Source: Microthyrium microscopicum (taxonomy: Eukaryota). Taken from it: DNA of 64,000 nt. The DNA is taken from NCBI GenBank assembly GCA_010405405.1, contig MU004232.1:2003481-2067480 (forward strand), read 5' to 3'. The translations under genes were made by a program, and so were the position numbers. Shown here piece after piece: positions 37,792-50,305 of the stretch (position 1 is its first letter; each line of letters starts with the position of its first letter). Under the pieces are notes generated by a model. It was not told the origin of the DNA. It saw only the letters and a program-made list of their open reading frames with translations, and ran no database searches.

Positions 37792-40700
37792 CCTGTTAGC
37801 GAGGCAAGAGGAGATGGTGAAAAGAATTGGTAATGCAATATGAAGAACAGGAAAGGTAGCGGGCGATGGGTGGAGATCAAGTGCGAACGTGGAGACTCGG
37901 CGGCTAGTGCTACAACCCAGAGCCAGGAAACACGAAGGGAAAAGACGATAAGGGAAGCGAAATAAAGAAGGGACCAACAAGATGGGAAATGTTGGTAATA
38001 TCAAGACACTTTGGAGCAGGAAAAGACAGGATGAGGATCCCGAAGCGGTGGGAATCCAAGCAGGCGGAGAGCCAGATAGTGAAGCAAGCGCCGGCAGCGT
38101 GGACAGGGCACCGCACAGCAAGGACAAGACACGGGTAAGACTTACAGCTTGGATAGACGACAGCTGGAGGGCAAGATTGACAAGTTTGGTGGAAGGGAAC
38201 CAGCAGAGGATGTGGGCACTGGGAGGATGTTGAAGGAGGGAATGCAAGAGTGGTTGGGGGAGATTGGGAAGGTGGTGAAGAATGGCGGAAAGAGCGCGGG
38301 AGGGTCGACGAGGAAAAAAGCACGCAGTTTCTTGCAGATGTTGCAGAAGAACGACAACGACGCCGCCAAATTTTCAGTCTGCCTTCAAAGAACAACCACC
38401 AAGAATTGCACTGTCTATAATGATTGCGAAAGATTCGGATTTGAATGAAAGCGAAGTCTGTAAAGCCAGAGAAAAAGCCAGAAAAGCGCCAGTCGACCAC
38501 GGCCACCAGGACTGCGAATTGTGTCTCTGATCTCAATGCTTAGTGCTCACCAACAATCGGGCGGCGGCGACCAAGGCGGCACAGTACCAAGTAGTCCAAG
38601 CAGTCTTTACCCTGCAAAAGATAGTTGGGAGCCGACTGTCCCAGCAAAACCCACCACGGCTGGTTGTCGGTGCTTCGTCACTCGCTGCTTACTGGTTCGT
38701 CAAGCTATACTAACAGCCCGCTGATGGGGCCCCAGGCCTTTTCCCAGTACCGCTCCAGCATTAAACGAGCATGGAAGTGGTCCAAGAGTTGGATTCCAGT
38801 TTGCTGGGTCAAGTGGCGGGCCTTCTGCTGATTCGGCTCAATGCTCATCTCATTTCCGTTGTCCAGCACTGTCCTGCTTCAGATTAACCCGCAGCTCTCG
38901 AGTGGGATTTCAATATTCTCCTTGATTTGAAGCATAATCGTTTTGCGCTCTGATATTGGCAAAGATCTAGCAATTTAGGTGTATGACGATGAGGATATGA
39001 TTTATCGGTGTTTTAGGCGTGCGCTATAAAGAGTCTCAGACAACGACAGCTCGCTCCACGACGCCAAGGTTGGCGGAACTGTCATTGCTCTTTCCTATTG
39101 GATCTGCAGCCGTGATACCCTTGAAAAATCCAAGTCGACGGCTCGCCCGTGTGCATGGGACTGAAGAGACTTGCAGCCTGCGCAGGGGAGTCTTATATTT
39201 CTGCCCAATCATTCTTGGTCGATATGCTGATATAAGCTCTCATCTTTGGGTATGATTTCGTATACGAAGTACTGTATCTCAGAAGCATACAAGGCTATCT
39301 ATCTGGACAAAGCACATTGTCCACCCGTGCTAACCCTTCTTGCCTGTCATGATGCACAATAATCCGATCATTGTCTCAATTCAGCGGTGATGATAGATAT
39401 CGCCTCAATGTCATACGATAGAGGCAAGCTTGCGACCGTCCTCTGAATAGGTTTATGTAGTCGATGGAAGTGACATACGGCCGCTGTGTTATATTCAGGT
39501 ACCTGCTATCAACTTATAGCTAAGTCCTGCAGCTTTAAAAGTAATTAGTTTGCCAACAGCCCAATAGTATCAAGCTAAGTCGTTACACAAGCTGGGTTTA
39601 CGAGTACGCCCAAGCAAAGCAGAAATCAAGCACTAGCTAGGTAATTTATCTCCTTCTGTTCAAGGCTTTAAGATCTCAAAATAATCTGTTAACTGGTCGC
39701 ATTGTTCGTTGGACCAAATTCGAGTAGAGACTGTTGGTATCAGGCAGTATGATTAAGCATACATTTGATACACTGGCATCATGAACATTGAAATAGTGTC
39801 TATCGAGCCATTACCTCACTGCGACACCAAATGGATTTCACTACATTAGCTGTGTTGTATTGAGCCAATATATGTTGTGTTTGCGCAATACACACAACGA
39901 CAAAATAATAGGCGTTACCACTTATCTCACAGACGAATTGACTCCGTACTGTGCTGTATGCGCACAAGCTATTCTATTCCTAGCCATAGTTTGCCATCCA
40001 CAGCACTTTACTCTACTTCTTTGCGCGCAAACTAATGCACTATTGCAAGTTAAAGACCCTGTGTCCACGATTTGCAGCAAGATGAATGGTTCCTGGCGCA
40101 GGCCTGCTTTATTCTGCACCAACCACTGTTCATATGCTATCACAAATGCAGTGATCTGCATATTGAAGAAATCTCAACCCAAAAAAATGAGTCCGTAGAA
40201 CCCTAACAAAGGCCAAAAATTCGAACCCGAGAGAACATGCAGACCGATCAAATATTCAGCTTTTACCCTTCATTTTAAATATTATCTAGGCCGTTCACAG
40301 GGCCACAATTGACGATGATGGTTTTGGTTCCCAGGTTGCTCAAATGCCATGTTCTTTGACGGCAATTCGTCAACTGAATCCATGACCATGTCTCACCTCT
40401 TCCATCGTTTGGGGTCGTCCTTCCCGCTGCGGGTCCTTCGTGAAAACGGTTCTTCGCATCCAATTGGCTCACGATCTGCGCAACCGAGCCAGTTTCTTAC
40501 TGGGTTGCCATGCGATAGCCATGTCACTGGAGATTCAAAAGGTCATCCACCAGTTCTAAACTGAGTCTGGAAGTTCATTGAAGCGTTCATCGATATATGC
40601 TGAAGGCTGCCTCAAGTGCTGGTTGGTTCACAGCAACATATGCAAATCTGGCATACGGTAAGGGGCTCAATCAGCTCCTACTAAGAACGATATTTCGAAA

Positions 40701-42899
40701 GAGGGTGTGAAGCCAAAAGAAAACATCACAATCTCGCTACCAATAAAATTCCCATCACCACTCGGCTTGCCGAAACAACCACCAAGTTCAAAGTGGACAC
40801 TAGAGCCGGCCTCAATGGTACGCCTTCACGCGGCACGCCCCTTACGTCCACGATATGTTGCACAGGTCGACATGCCGAGTACCGTCTCCTTTCCTCGGCT
40901 GCGACCCTTACTTCGCAGCACATTTTTGAGGAACCTATAGATTTAGCCTAGACTCCTGGCATATATTATTGCGACTCTTTGTATAAGTTTGCGCGACCCT
41001 TACTGCGACGCTCACTCCGCAAATCTAGAAATCGGCCGGACCGCGCCGTCTACTACGCGTTAGTTAGTAACCGTGTGACGCCAAATTCGGTCGGGTTGTT
41101 GTAGATCCGCGTTGCGGCCTTCCCCTTGGATAGTCAAGACTATTACCAAGTAGATCTAGTCGTGGTTGGCAAGTAGTTGTTTGTAGCCAGTGAAAATGCT
41201 TCTTTTACGCCTTTATGCCACCAGTTTCAGCCTGATACCCCTATTTTTGGCATCACCTCCAACTTCTCCCTTGTACTCCGTAAAGATATCAACATATCAG
41301 AATCTTGAACCGGAAGTTCAGAATTGTCTGACTTCTTCGCCAGAATTTATAAGCTATATGTTCGAAATCTCTATCAACATAGGGTCTCTGCTGTCCTTTG
41401 TGGGGAAAGACAGCCAAACAGCTTTAGTTGGGTCCTAATCTCAATCAATAAACTGTTACAAATTTCAGGGACCAAATAGAACAATATTTGTGAGTAGTTT
41501 TCAAATGTAATCGTAAATAGCAGAATGCTAGTCGTAAGGTTCAGCAATTGTTCTTCCTACTGCTTATCGGGAGGTTACAGTGTAGAGTAATCTTGCGTCT
41601 GGTAAATGCTACTGCTAGCTCTGCTAGGGTGATATCGCTCAGTGTCTGATAACTTTGCGTGCCGGACTCAAACCAAAGTTCAGTACTCAGCTAGAATACA
41701 GGTAGCTGGGTTCGGTTAAATTATTTTGATGTAATCAATCGTACTCACTTAGTTGTATGAACGGTGGAAAAAGATTGGACTCAAAACAACAAAGGTATCT
41801 GGGAACTTATATTCGTTATTTATATCTCAAGGCTACTTGCGGTCGTCAAAGTCATTGTATAGCGCCCAGCATCAACAAATCTCGGGCAAAGAGATCATGG
41901 ATCAGACATACATGTTACGCGAACAACTAAGCTAAGCATGCGCTTATGTGAAGTCCGTTAGCAATTGATCATCTCAGCTTTACATGTCTGAGGATCGGGT
42001 CATACCTGCCTAGCAAACAGTCCCAAATGAACTTGAGGCTGACAAAATCGGCCATCATTTGGAGTATCATGTTACGCTCAGATCTTAGCATTGAGTCTCG
42101 GCATGATAATGCATTGCAACGTGTCCAAGCGATCTATCATCTGAGGTCCTTAACGCCGACATCTTGGGATTCTCCGGCTAGTTATACCAGACCATAAATC
42201 TCAGTTTCTTAGGGTACCAGACCAAGAACTGTCAGCCCAGCAAAAAGTTAGTCTACCTGTCTTGTGAGGTTCTAGGCAATCCCAGATCTAGCATTCGACG
42301 AATCAGCTGAACCAAACCACCGGTCGTTGAATCCTTGGACTGTTTCCGCTACCAAGCTAGATTTTAGTACTTGTACTATCAAACAGTTCCACTTTTCAAA
42401 CCTAGCTTGCCATAGATCTGCGATTCTTCAAGATGTTACATATGGTAGGTTTCACTACTATCAGCCTTTGGTTCTCTGCAGAACTATCACCTATCTATCC
42501 AAAATTCTCATGCTCGGAAAACATGCAGTGCGAGTCACCCTGGCCAAACGACCCAATACCGAATCAGCTCTATGCAGGAGTATTTCTGCAATAATACTAC
42601 CTATCATATTCTGAATTCGGTTCATGTTTGAAGGACAACAGAGTCGTCATACTGGTACAGTGTGTTCTAATTCACCTCGCGAATCCTTCGGCGTGTCCGA
42701 AGTGACAGGCAAGAAGGAGATAGTGGCAAAATGAGAAGGATTCGAATGATTCAAGCTACCTTCAATCCCACTTGTCATCTGATAACATATAACCTCAGCC
42801 TACTCTATGACAGAACACTGCGGTTCTTCTCATCACAACTCATCCAGTAAACTACAGGAGTATACTTCCATTCCCATTCTTAAGATACTGCTCTCAATC

Positions 42900-43102
42900 A
42901 TGCATTCAACTGTCGTCAACAGATTGCTCATGGCTCTCCTATTTATAGGAGTTACATTGGCCTATCCAACAGGTAAGATGCTATGTGTGAAAGCCTACAT
43001 AGCAGGACTGACGAATCTCCAGACCTGACCAGGCGTGGTCAACCCTTTTGCGGAGAATTAGCCCCTTGTACCCCTGATTGCCTTTGCAGTTCTAAGAAAT
43101 AG
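42900..43102 (+). CDS. Tiny secreted cysteine-rich prepropeptide (50 aa, 2 exons)
   Basis: Exon 42900-42972, intron 42973-43022 (GTAAGA...ACTGAC...CAG) and exon 43023-43102 give MHSTVVNRLLMALLFIGVTLA-YPTDLTRR-GQPFCGELAPCTPDCLCSSKK*. Confidence 0.75.
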
Positions 43103-44629
43103 AAGTGGAAACGATTTCTAAGCTATTTCTATCCTTCGAGTGTTTTTTATCTATATCAAATGCTATAACACAGGTCTTCACTTCTGAAAGTTCGCTTCTT
43201 GAGATTTGAAAGCGGCCATTGAGCGCACTTAAAGCAATAAAGAGCGAGATGTAATAGACATAAATGAGCTTGACATTCTTGGGGAAGGATGCCAATGGAC
43301 ACAATATCTATCTTATGTTATGGGTCTTTTTGTGGTTGCGTCCCGTGTGCCAGCCCGCCTCAACAAGGACTTTACAGTACTACGCCCACCAAAGCAGCCC
43401 ATTGTACTTGGCTGCGTGTTGTCTTCCTCAACTGGTGACCTTTCGCCCTGATACATATCACTTCGGTCTCATGTATAAGAGTGCTCATCGTCGAAAGGGA
43501 AAAAGACCTACAAAGGTTTAGATGCTTGTTGTTCTGTTAGGAGATATTTTGGTCACCTTCTTAGAATTAAGTGGCTCTGTTGGGGAAGCGATCGTACAGA
43601 GCTGGATTACATTCCGGACAAGGTCGAATGATCTCCATGCCATAGAACACCGGTGGATTGTGAAGATGCTTCGGCTTTGATACGCACCAGCTGTAAGGCA
43701 CAAGTCCTTGATTGGTATCAGACATGATAGATAGTGAGATGAAGAAGCTGTAAAGTTGACGAGTTGGTAATGAATTGTTCACTCTTTCAAAGGCTAGATT
43801 GCTGAAGAGAAGCAGAGTGTTTTTTACAAAGCCAAAAGTGGCTTTCCCAAGTGGTTCTTTTATACTTTCATAGATTTTCAACCAGATTAATTTCTGGGAC
43901 AAGCCAAATCCGCTTCAGAACAAGACTCAAACACAATAACACTTGGCTTTGTCAAAATCTTGAGCTTTATCTTATTGAGTGGTGTTGATATTACAACACA
44001 AACCAACTAAGAAATGATTTCCAAAAGTGTCTCATAAGAGCCCGGAGGATAGATTCCCGATTTCGCGTTGTCAAAACACAACACCATCCTAATACGCACT
44101 GAAATGATCACATAGCATCATGGGAGGCCATCAAGTCATATGGAGGGCTTTGGGGCGCAGCCGGAATAAGAAGATGCGATATAAATACCTTCTTCCCCCA
44201 TCGAATCAATATTAGAACAAATTACGATTCTTTGGTATCTTTTTGGACACCATGTAAAACCAGGAAGCCATTGAGTGTATTTTGGGAAGATGTCTGTCTA
44301 CCAGAAAATCCTGAGTAGCAACGGTTCACAGATCAAAGAGCAAGGAGTCATTGGTGACCAGGACTTGGAGAGGCTGTGCTATATAGAAGGATCGAGGGTT
44401 ATATACGAGGTCAATTTCCAATGAAAGACTTCCCAGCAATTTTGCTACCTAGGCATCTCCAGGCTACATTTACAGTGGTGGAGGCTGGTAGAAGTACAAA
44501 TTACTTGTTCATTCTTCAACTCCGGTGAACAAATGATTTACCACAAACCGATATCATTTGCCAACACTATGCTTCGTCGAAGACTTTTGCTGCCGAACAT
44601 ACAAATCTAATCGCATAACTTTTTTCACA

Positions 44630-46011
44630 ATGACAGATCAAGTCATTAATACCAAACAGCCGCTGAGCTCAGAACAACAAGTTAAATTCATCGACAACGT
44701 GCTGATGGAGCGCTTTGAATTGGCTGTTTCCTCCATCACCATCATCAACAAAGGCAAAAACAATTTCACGTACCGCGTGAAACTTGACCCAAAGACTGCG
44801 GTCAAGCACACAGAGCAACCAACAGTTAAGCCAGGCACCGTCTCACTGCCAGTTGACACGACCGATATCATTTTTCGACTATCCAATCCCCAGCGGTCAC
44901 TGAACGAAGCTGTCCGCATCGAAAATGAAGTCGCAGCAATGATCTTGATGCGTGAAGCTTTTGCTTCAGTGGAACTTTCGGACCTTGTACCTGATGTGTA
45001 TGACTAGGAGAGTGCGGCTACAGGACAAGGCTATGTGATTCAACAGCTCATGCCTGGCCAAGCACTTGACGATGCTTTCGACACTTTGACGGAAACGCAA
45101 CAGAAGGAGATATCTGGTCAGATTCTGGATATATTCAAAGCAATCCATGAGTATGATCTCCCAAATAGTGTCGTTGGCTACGGAGGCTTACGGTTCAATG
45201 AGCAAGGCGAAGTGATCACAGGGCCTACTACTATTCCCTGCGGAGGGCCGTTCAAGAGCATTGCAGAGATGTATCGTCAATTACTACGGACACAACTAGA
45301 TTTGTCTTCGACAAGCGTTCTTCTTGATGGTTGGAAGGATGATGGGCTTAGAGATCGGTTGGAAATGTTCTATGATAAAGGGCTTGAAAAGTTGTTTGAT
45401 GAAGTTAACGATCAACTACCAACATTGGTCCATGGAGACCTAGGTAAGTTGAGCATCATTCAACGACTGCAGAGTCCAAATCAAATTGCAGCTACTAATT
45501 AGGACGTGCAGATCGATGGAACATACTCTTTGATAAACAGAATATGAAGATCACAGCTTTACTAGATTACGATTTTGCCCAAGTCGCTTCTCCTTGCGAC
45601 GAGTATTTCTTCTCGTTCCCTCTGAGCCACGGGCTTGTTGGATCGGAATTTAGCAATGACAGAAACGAGAGCCTGCTTCGAAACTATCAAATTCATGGCT
45701 TTCCAGGGGAGCTACCAACATACGACAAGCCAGAAGGTGGGAGGTCTGAAGCCCCAGGGGATGCAAATCCCATCAATTGGAAGTTTGCTAAGCTTTGGGA
45801 TAAGATGCTTCATGAGAAAGGTATCAAAAGTCCTGCCAAGCTAGGCAGAGATATTGAAATTATGTCAAACTTGTATTGGTTTTGCCAGGAGGTCTGCTGG
45901 CCGTATGTTTTATTTGACAGCTGGAATCGACAGCCAGAAGAGAGAAAGCAACAGGCAAAGAAAAACATACAAGGGGAGATTGGAAGGTTTTTGGAAAGCT
46001 TCGGTTTTTGA
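44630..46011 (+). pseudogene. APH/choline-kinase-like phosphotransferase with a single in-frame TAG (45005-45007)
   Basis: Motifs G.NN..Y.V, R.ENEVA.M, VP.VYD*, ..QLMPG, LVHGDL|DRWNILFD (intron 45444-45511) and ITALLDYDF. The frame is continuous across the stop with no other lesion. Confidence 0.8.
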
Positions 46012-46737
46012 ATACTTCAATTCTTGCTTGAGGTGTCGATTAAAGTCGAATATAAATAGAAGCATGTCACATTCCATGAAGCGTTTCTGCTCAAATCCAC
46101 AATCCAAAGGACATGTAAGTTGCGTACCTGACTGATCCCTCATATATATGTTACTCCCCAATTCTCAGGTCAAGTATCAACAGAAGCGTTTACATAATCA
46201 AAATAAAAGCTAGCATCCAGCTTTCGGCTTCGCCGCATTACTAACCTGCATGTCGGCGATATGAATCCATGGGGCTGTGCCAGTCCCCGCTGATGCCAAG
46301 TGCAACTACTGTACCAAATTGGCTCTTCAAACAAACTCTTCATTTCAGCCATGTCAAGGTCGAACTGAAAAGTAAGGCTCCAGCGGTGAACAATGGCTCT
46401 TGGCTTTTGCTGGGCAAAAGCCGCAGTGGTTAGATCGTGCTTGAGCAGGCCACTGACCATACGATATCCAAATCTACACTAACTTTCCAGTTCAGCTTCT
46501 AAAATCTGTTGCAACTTTGGCGGTAAGAAGCGAACCTAGCATGTTTTTGTCAAGGCGGCCTGCGGATTATACTCCGCTTCGTGTTACACCCTTAAAGAAC
46601 TAGGGGAGTCGGGATGAGGGTGGATATGATGAGAGTCGATTATATAAATGGCAGCGAGTTTTCACGATTATAGGGGTCATTACCTCTCGGTCAGTTCATC
46701 ATCAAATCCAAACAATTAACAGCAACATCACATCACG

Positions 46738-47606
46738 ATGCAATTAAAAATCAGCTGCATGCTTGCGGCACTTCTTATCGCAGGCTCAAAAGCCTCTCCC
46801 TTCGCCAACAGCAACATCTCCCCTCGACAAGAAAAGGTGGCCAGTACAAATGTTACCCTTGGATCAACAGGCGGAGAATCTGTGGAGGGATATTTCGTTG
46901 CCGCATACTCTCCTGGTGATAATATCGACAATGTCGAATGGATTGTGAGTCCATGTTTCCAGGATATAAAATAACTACTGACAGTGGTAACAGGCAGTTG
47001 AAGACCCACAAGCCAACCTATCAGCATCCGAAACCCGATGTATTGACTGTGTATGTACGGCACGTAGTACCGTAAAATACAAAACACTCTCCCATGGCAC
47101 TTGGTGGACACCATGGTGCCATGACCGACGCGCAGTGACTCCTGACGGAATCGTACTCATTGGCGAAGCAAAAGGCACTTCAGTCACTATGAGTGCAGAG
47201 CTCAAAGTTTCTGTCCCAAAGCTTGCCGACGCTCTGGAGTTGACTCTAGGTTATTCAGTCACAAAGACCAAAAGTGTGATCGCCATGCAGGGCTGTAAGG
47301 GTGACCCAAGCTGGAAGGGACCACATGGTGTGTGGTGGCAGGAGAAGATGGGCTGGGCGAAGGTGCAACAGGACACGGAGATTACTTGGGAAGGTGGAAG
47401 GAATTGGTTCGTTGCCCCTGAGCCTGTTCTATGGTGTTTTTGCTAACCTACCTCACAGCTATCATCCTACAAAGAAGACGACTAAGGTTGGCAATGCTAA
47501 CTGGCCTGACCCTGATAACACTGGATACCGTAGGCTGGAATACGGATGCCGCGATCTCCAGAGTGATGCCGGTCCGTGGTGTAACTTCCAGGCAGACCAT
47601 CTCTAG
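46738..47606 (+). CDS. Small secreted Cys-rich protein (255 aa, 3 exons), possible aerolysin-like fold
   Basis: Signal peptide MQLKISCMLAALLIAGSKA. Introns 46945-46993 and 47407-47458 join three ORFs in frame. Eight Cys in the mature part. TATATAAA at ~46641. Confidence 0.8.
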
Positions 47607-48175
47607 GAAACGATATGATTTGTATATCTTTGGAGAGCCTAAAATAGACCTAAAGTTTACATTACTCATTATCGTTCTCATGCATATCGCACTGTGCAAA
47701 TGGAGTCTTTCATATTCAAGTCCTGTATCAATATCTATACCAAATACAAGAGTGGTTTGGCATCAAAATGAATGTGTCTCATTAACGTCGTCTCTCATGC
47801 AGGATGGAAAAACCCGCAAGGCAGCTTTGAAGTGGGGCAGTTCTTTCTCAAGCCTCAAGGAGTCTCGCTTGATGCCCATCTACAACGACATGTGTCACAA
47901 AGCATTCTTTACGTCGAGCGTACACACTCAAAATCTACTTCCCAACGCAACGTTGCTGCAGCTTACCTACGGTAACCTTGTATCGTCTCGACTGAACACC
48001 AAGAACTCGCTAACAGAGCGCAACATCATAAAACTTAGCGAACTTGATAACAGCACACTAGTTTCCTCGTGCATCTGCCGAGCTTCACCTTCGATTCTAT
48101 AGAGTATAAGCCTTGTACTCGAGAGCGTCCCATCAGACGTAAATCAATATCGCTACCTCCACGTAGCGATATATC

Positions 48176-50305
48176 ATGGAAGAAGATACTTTATGCAACT
48201 ATTGCCTACGTGGTATCCTAGGCAACTCACCTCTCGCTTTCTTACCTCAAACTGCTGATAGGCATCCGAGTCACTTGCTCTTGCGCAGAGGAACGCAATG
48301 GGTGTGGACTCATCATCAGACCGTCCTGGACTTACAGAATTTAGCCAAACTTTGTGCCCTTTGTTCGCACATCTGGGAGCACATGTGTGCAGGGCTGGAA
48401 AACGCAGATGATACACAAACACAAATGGTTGCCGCAGAGAGAGCTTATCTGTATATATCAAAACTCGGGAAGAAATATCTGTCCGGGAGTCCAAGCCAGA
48501 GTTTTTACGAAATCTTACGGGGCGACGGCCATGGGCCTGGAATCCGGCTGGCTGTATGGCCTGATGTGCAATTCCTGGCTGAGAAATATCAAGAGTCTGG
48601 TAAGGAAGCAATATGGACAGACACGAGCCCTATCACACTCGATGATCGTTGGCCTGTGATACAAAAATGGATTGATGCTTGCGAGTTGGACCATCACAGG
48701 TGTCGAGAGAGTCGAAAACGTGGCCCACTACCAGCGCGGTTGATTGCGCTTGGACATGATGCTCTATCACTGCCAAGGCTCGTCGCGACAGAACATCTGG
48801 ATGGCAATGCCATTACGTACACAACCTTGAGCCATCGTTGGGGAACTGGAGTGAAACCTCTGTGCACTCTCAGTAACAACCTTGAAGAGCATTACAAACT
48901 GTTGCCCTGTGATCAGATCCCGAAAACATTTCTGGATGCCATGAGAATAACCCGTAAGCTCGGAATAGCATACATCTGGATTGACTCGCTCTGTATTGTG
49001 CAAGATTCGGAAATCGATTGGCAGCACCAGGCTGCCAAAATGAAAGATGTTTACGAAAGCTCGTATCTTAACATTGCAGCAGTTGATTCTGGTGATGCGA
49101 ATGGGAGCTGTTTTCTGGATTCTTTGGAAGAAAGGATCAGATTTCGTGCACCTCACAATGGAGAGTATTTGAATATTCGAATACCGTGCGCGACAGATCA
49201 GAGTGTCGCTGAATCGCCACTTCTCAAGCGCGGATGGTGAGTTTCCTGATTCTTCAATAGGCCTAGCATATTAAGATCGAACAGGGTGTTCCAAGAATTG
49301 ATTCTGTCGCCTAGGGTGTTGTATTGTAAGAAGACACAATTCTTCTGGCAATGCCATCGAGGTTCATTCTCCGAAGATGGTGTGGTTCAAGATACTAAAT
49401 TGGCAATAAACTATCCGCCACGACACTCATCAAAGCATTATCCAGCCAAGGACAACCTCTCTGACTGGTTACAATTGATGGAAGCATACAAACAACTGGA
49501 ATTCACCAAGGAAGAGGACAGAACACCTGCAATGGCTGGCATAACAAGATGGTATCAAGCACAGCATAACTTAACCCCTGTATTGGGGTTATGGAAAGAA
49601 CTGATGGCTAAAGGCTTGAACTGGCATTGCTCCAGGCCGTTTACATCGCAAATAAAGCCCTTTATAAAACCATTGAATATACCGACATGGAGCTGGCTAG
49701 GAGTGGAGCCCACGGGAGTGCGCTTCCATTTTCATACCAGAGACATTGATTGCTTGTCCATTGTTAAAGCAAGCACTGAATGGAATGGTGAAGAACTTAC
49801 TTCTGACCTAATATCTTCACAACTGATAGTCCTTGGATTTTTATTTGAGCTCAGATTTGATTTCGACAGAGGGGCTTCATCAGCAAGCAGCTGGTTTGTG
49901 AAGAGTACGGATCTCGATTATCTGCGCGATGACTACGACCTGAGCGATTCTGACATTTCTGGAAGCGTAGAGGTTCGGTTTGACCGGGGACAACCGGAAA
50001 AGGCAAATCCGGTCTGCACTTGCCTCCTACTATCAATGCGTAACGTCGGTCCAGAATCTAGCTTGGAGTTCTTGATGCTAAATCCTGTACAATGTGACAA
50101 GGGGCAGCGTCCAAAATATCGCCGCTTCTGTCACGGTACTTGGAAGCATAGAAACAGGACGAAACTACATCAAAATATCTCTTCGCTTGAAGCTACATCA
50201 GAGAGGTTCTTTCGGTGTGAGCTAATTGAGGACTCAGCAAGACCACAATTAACCGCACACGAGAAAATGCTCAGAAGAAAACCAATTGAGATTGAATTAT
50301 GTTGA
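48176..50305 (+). CDS. Heterokaryon incompatibility (HET-domain) protein
   Basis: Motifs W...C...H..C, LP.RLI, Y.TLSHRWG, PKTF.DA..ITR.LGI.YIWIDSLCIVQD...DW......M..VY..S..NIAA, PL..RGW|VFQE..LSPR (intron 49237-49284) and PTWSW. Confidence 0.92.

Noticed and set aside
37792..38536. Long hydrophobic ORFs upstream of veA
   Set aside because: Pyrimidine-rich leader or intron sequence producing Leu/Ser/Phe-rich spurious frames.
40205..40240. tRNA T-loop-like GGGTTCGAAT on the minus strand
   Set aside because: No complementary T-stem or cloverleaf.
47431..48102. 223-aa ORF between the secreted protein and the HET gene
   Set aside because: Starts inside an intron, overlaps the last exon and 3'UTR, and has no recognisable motif.
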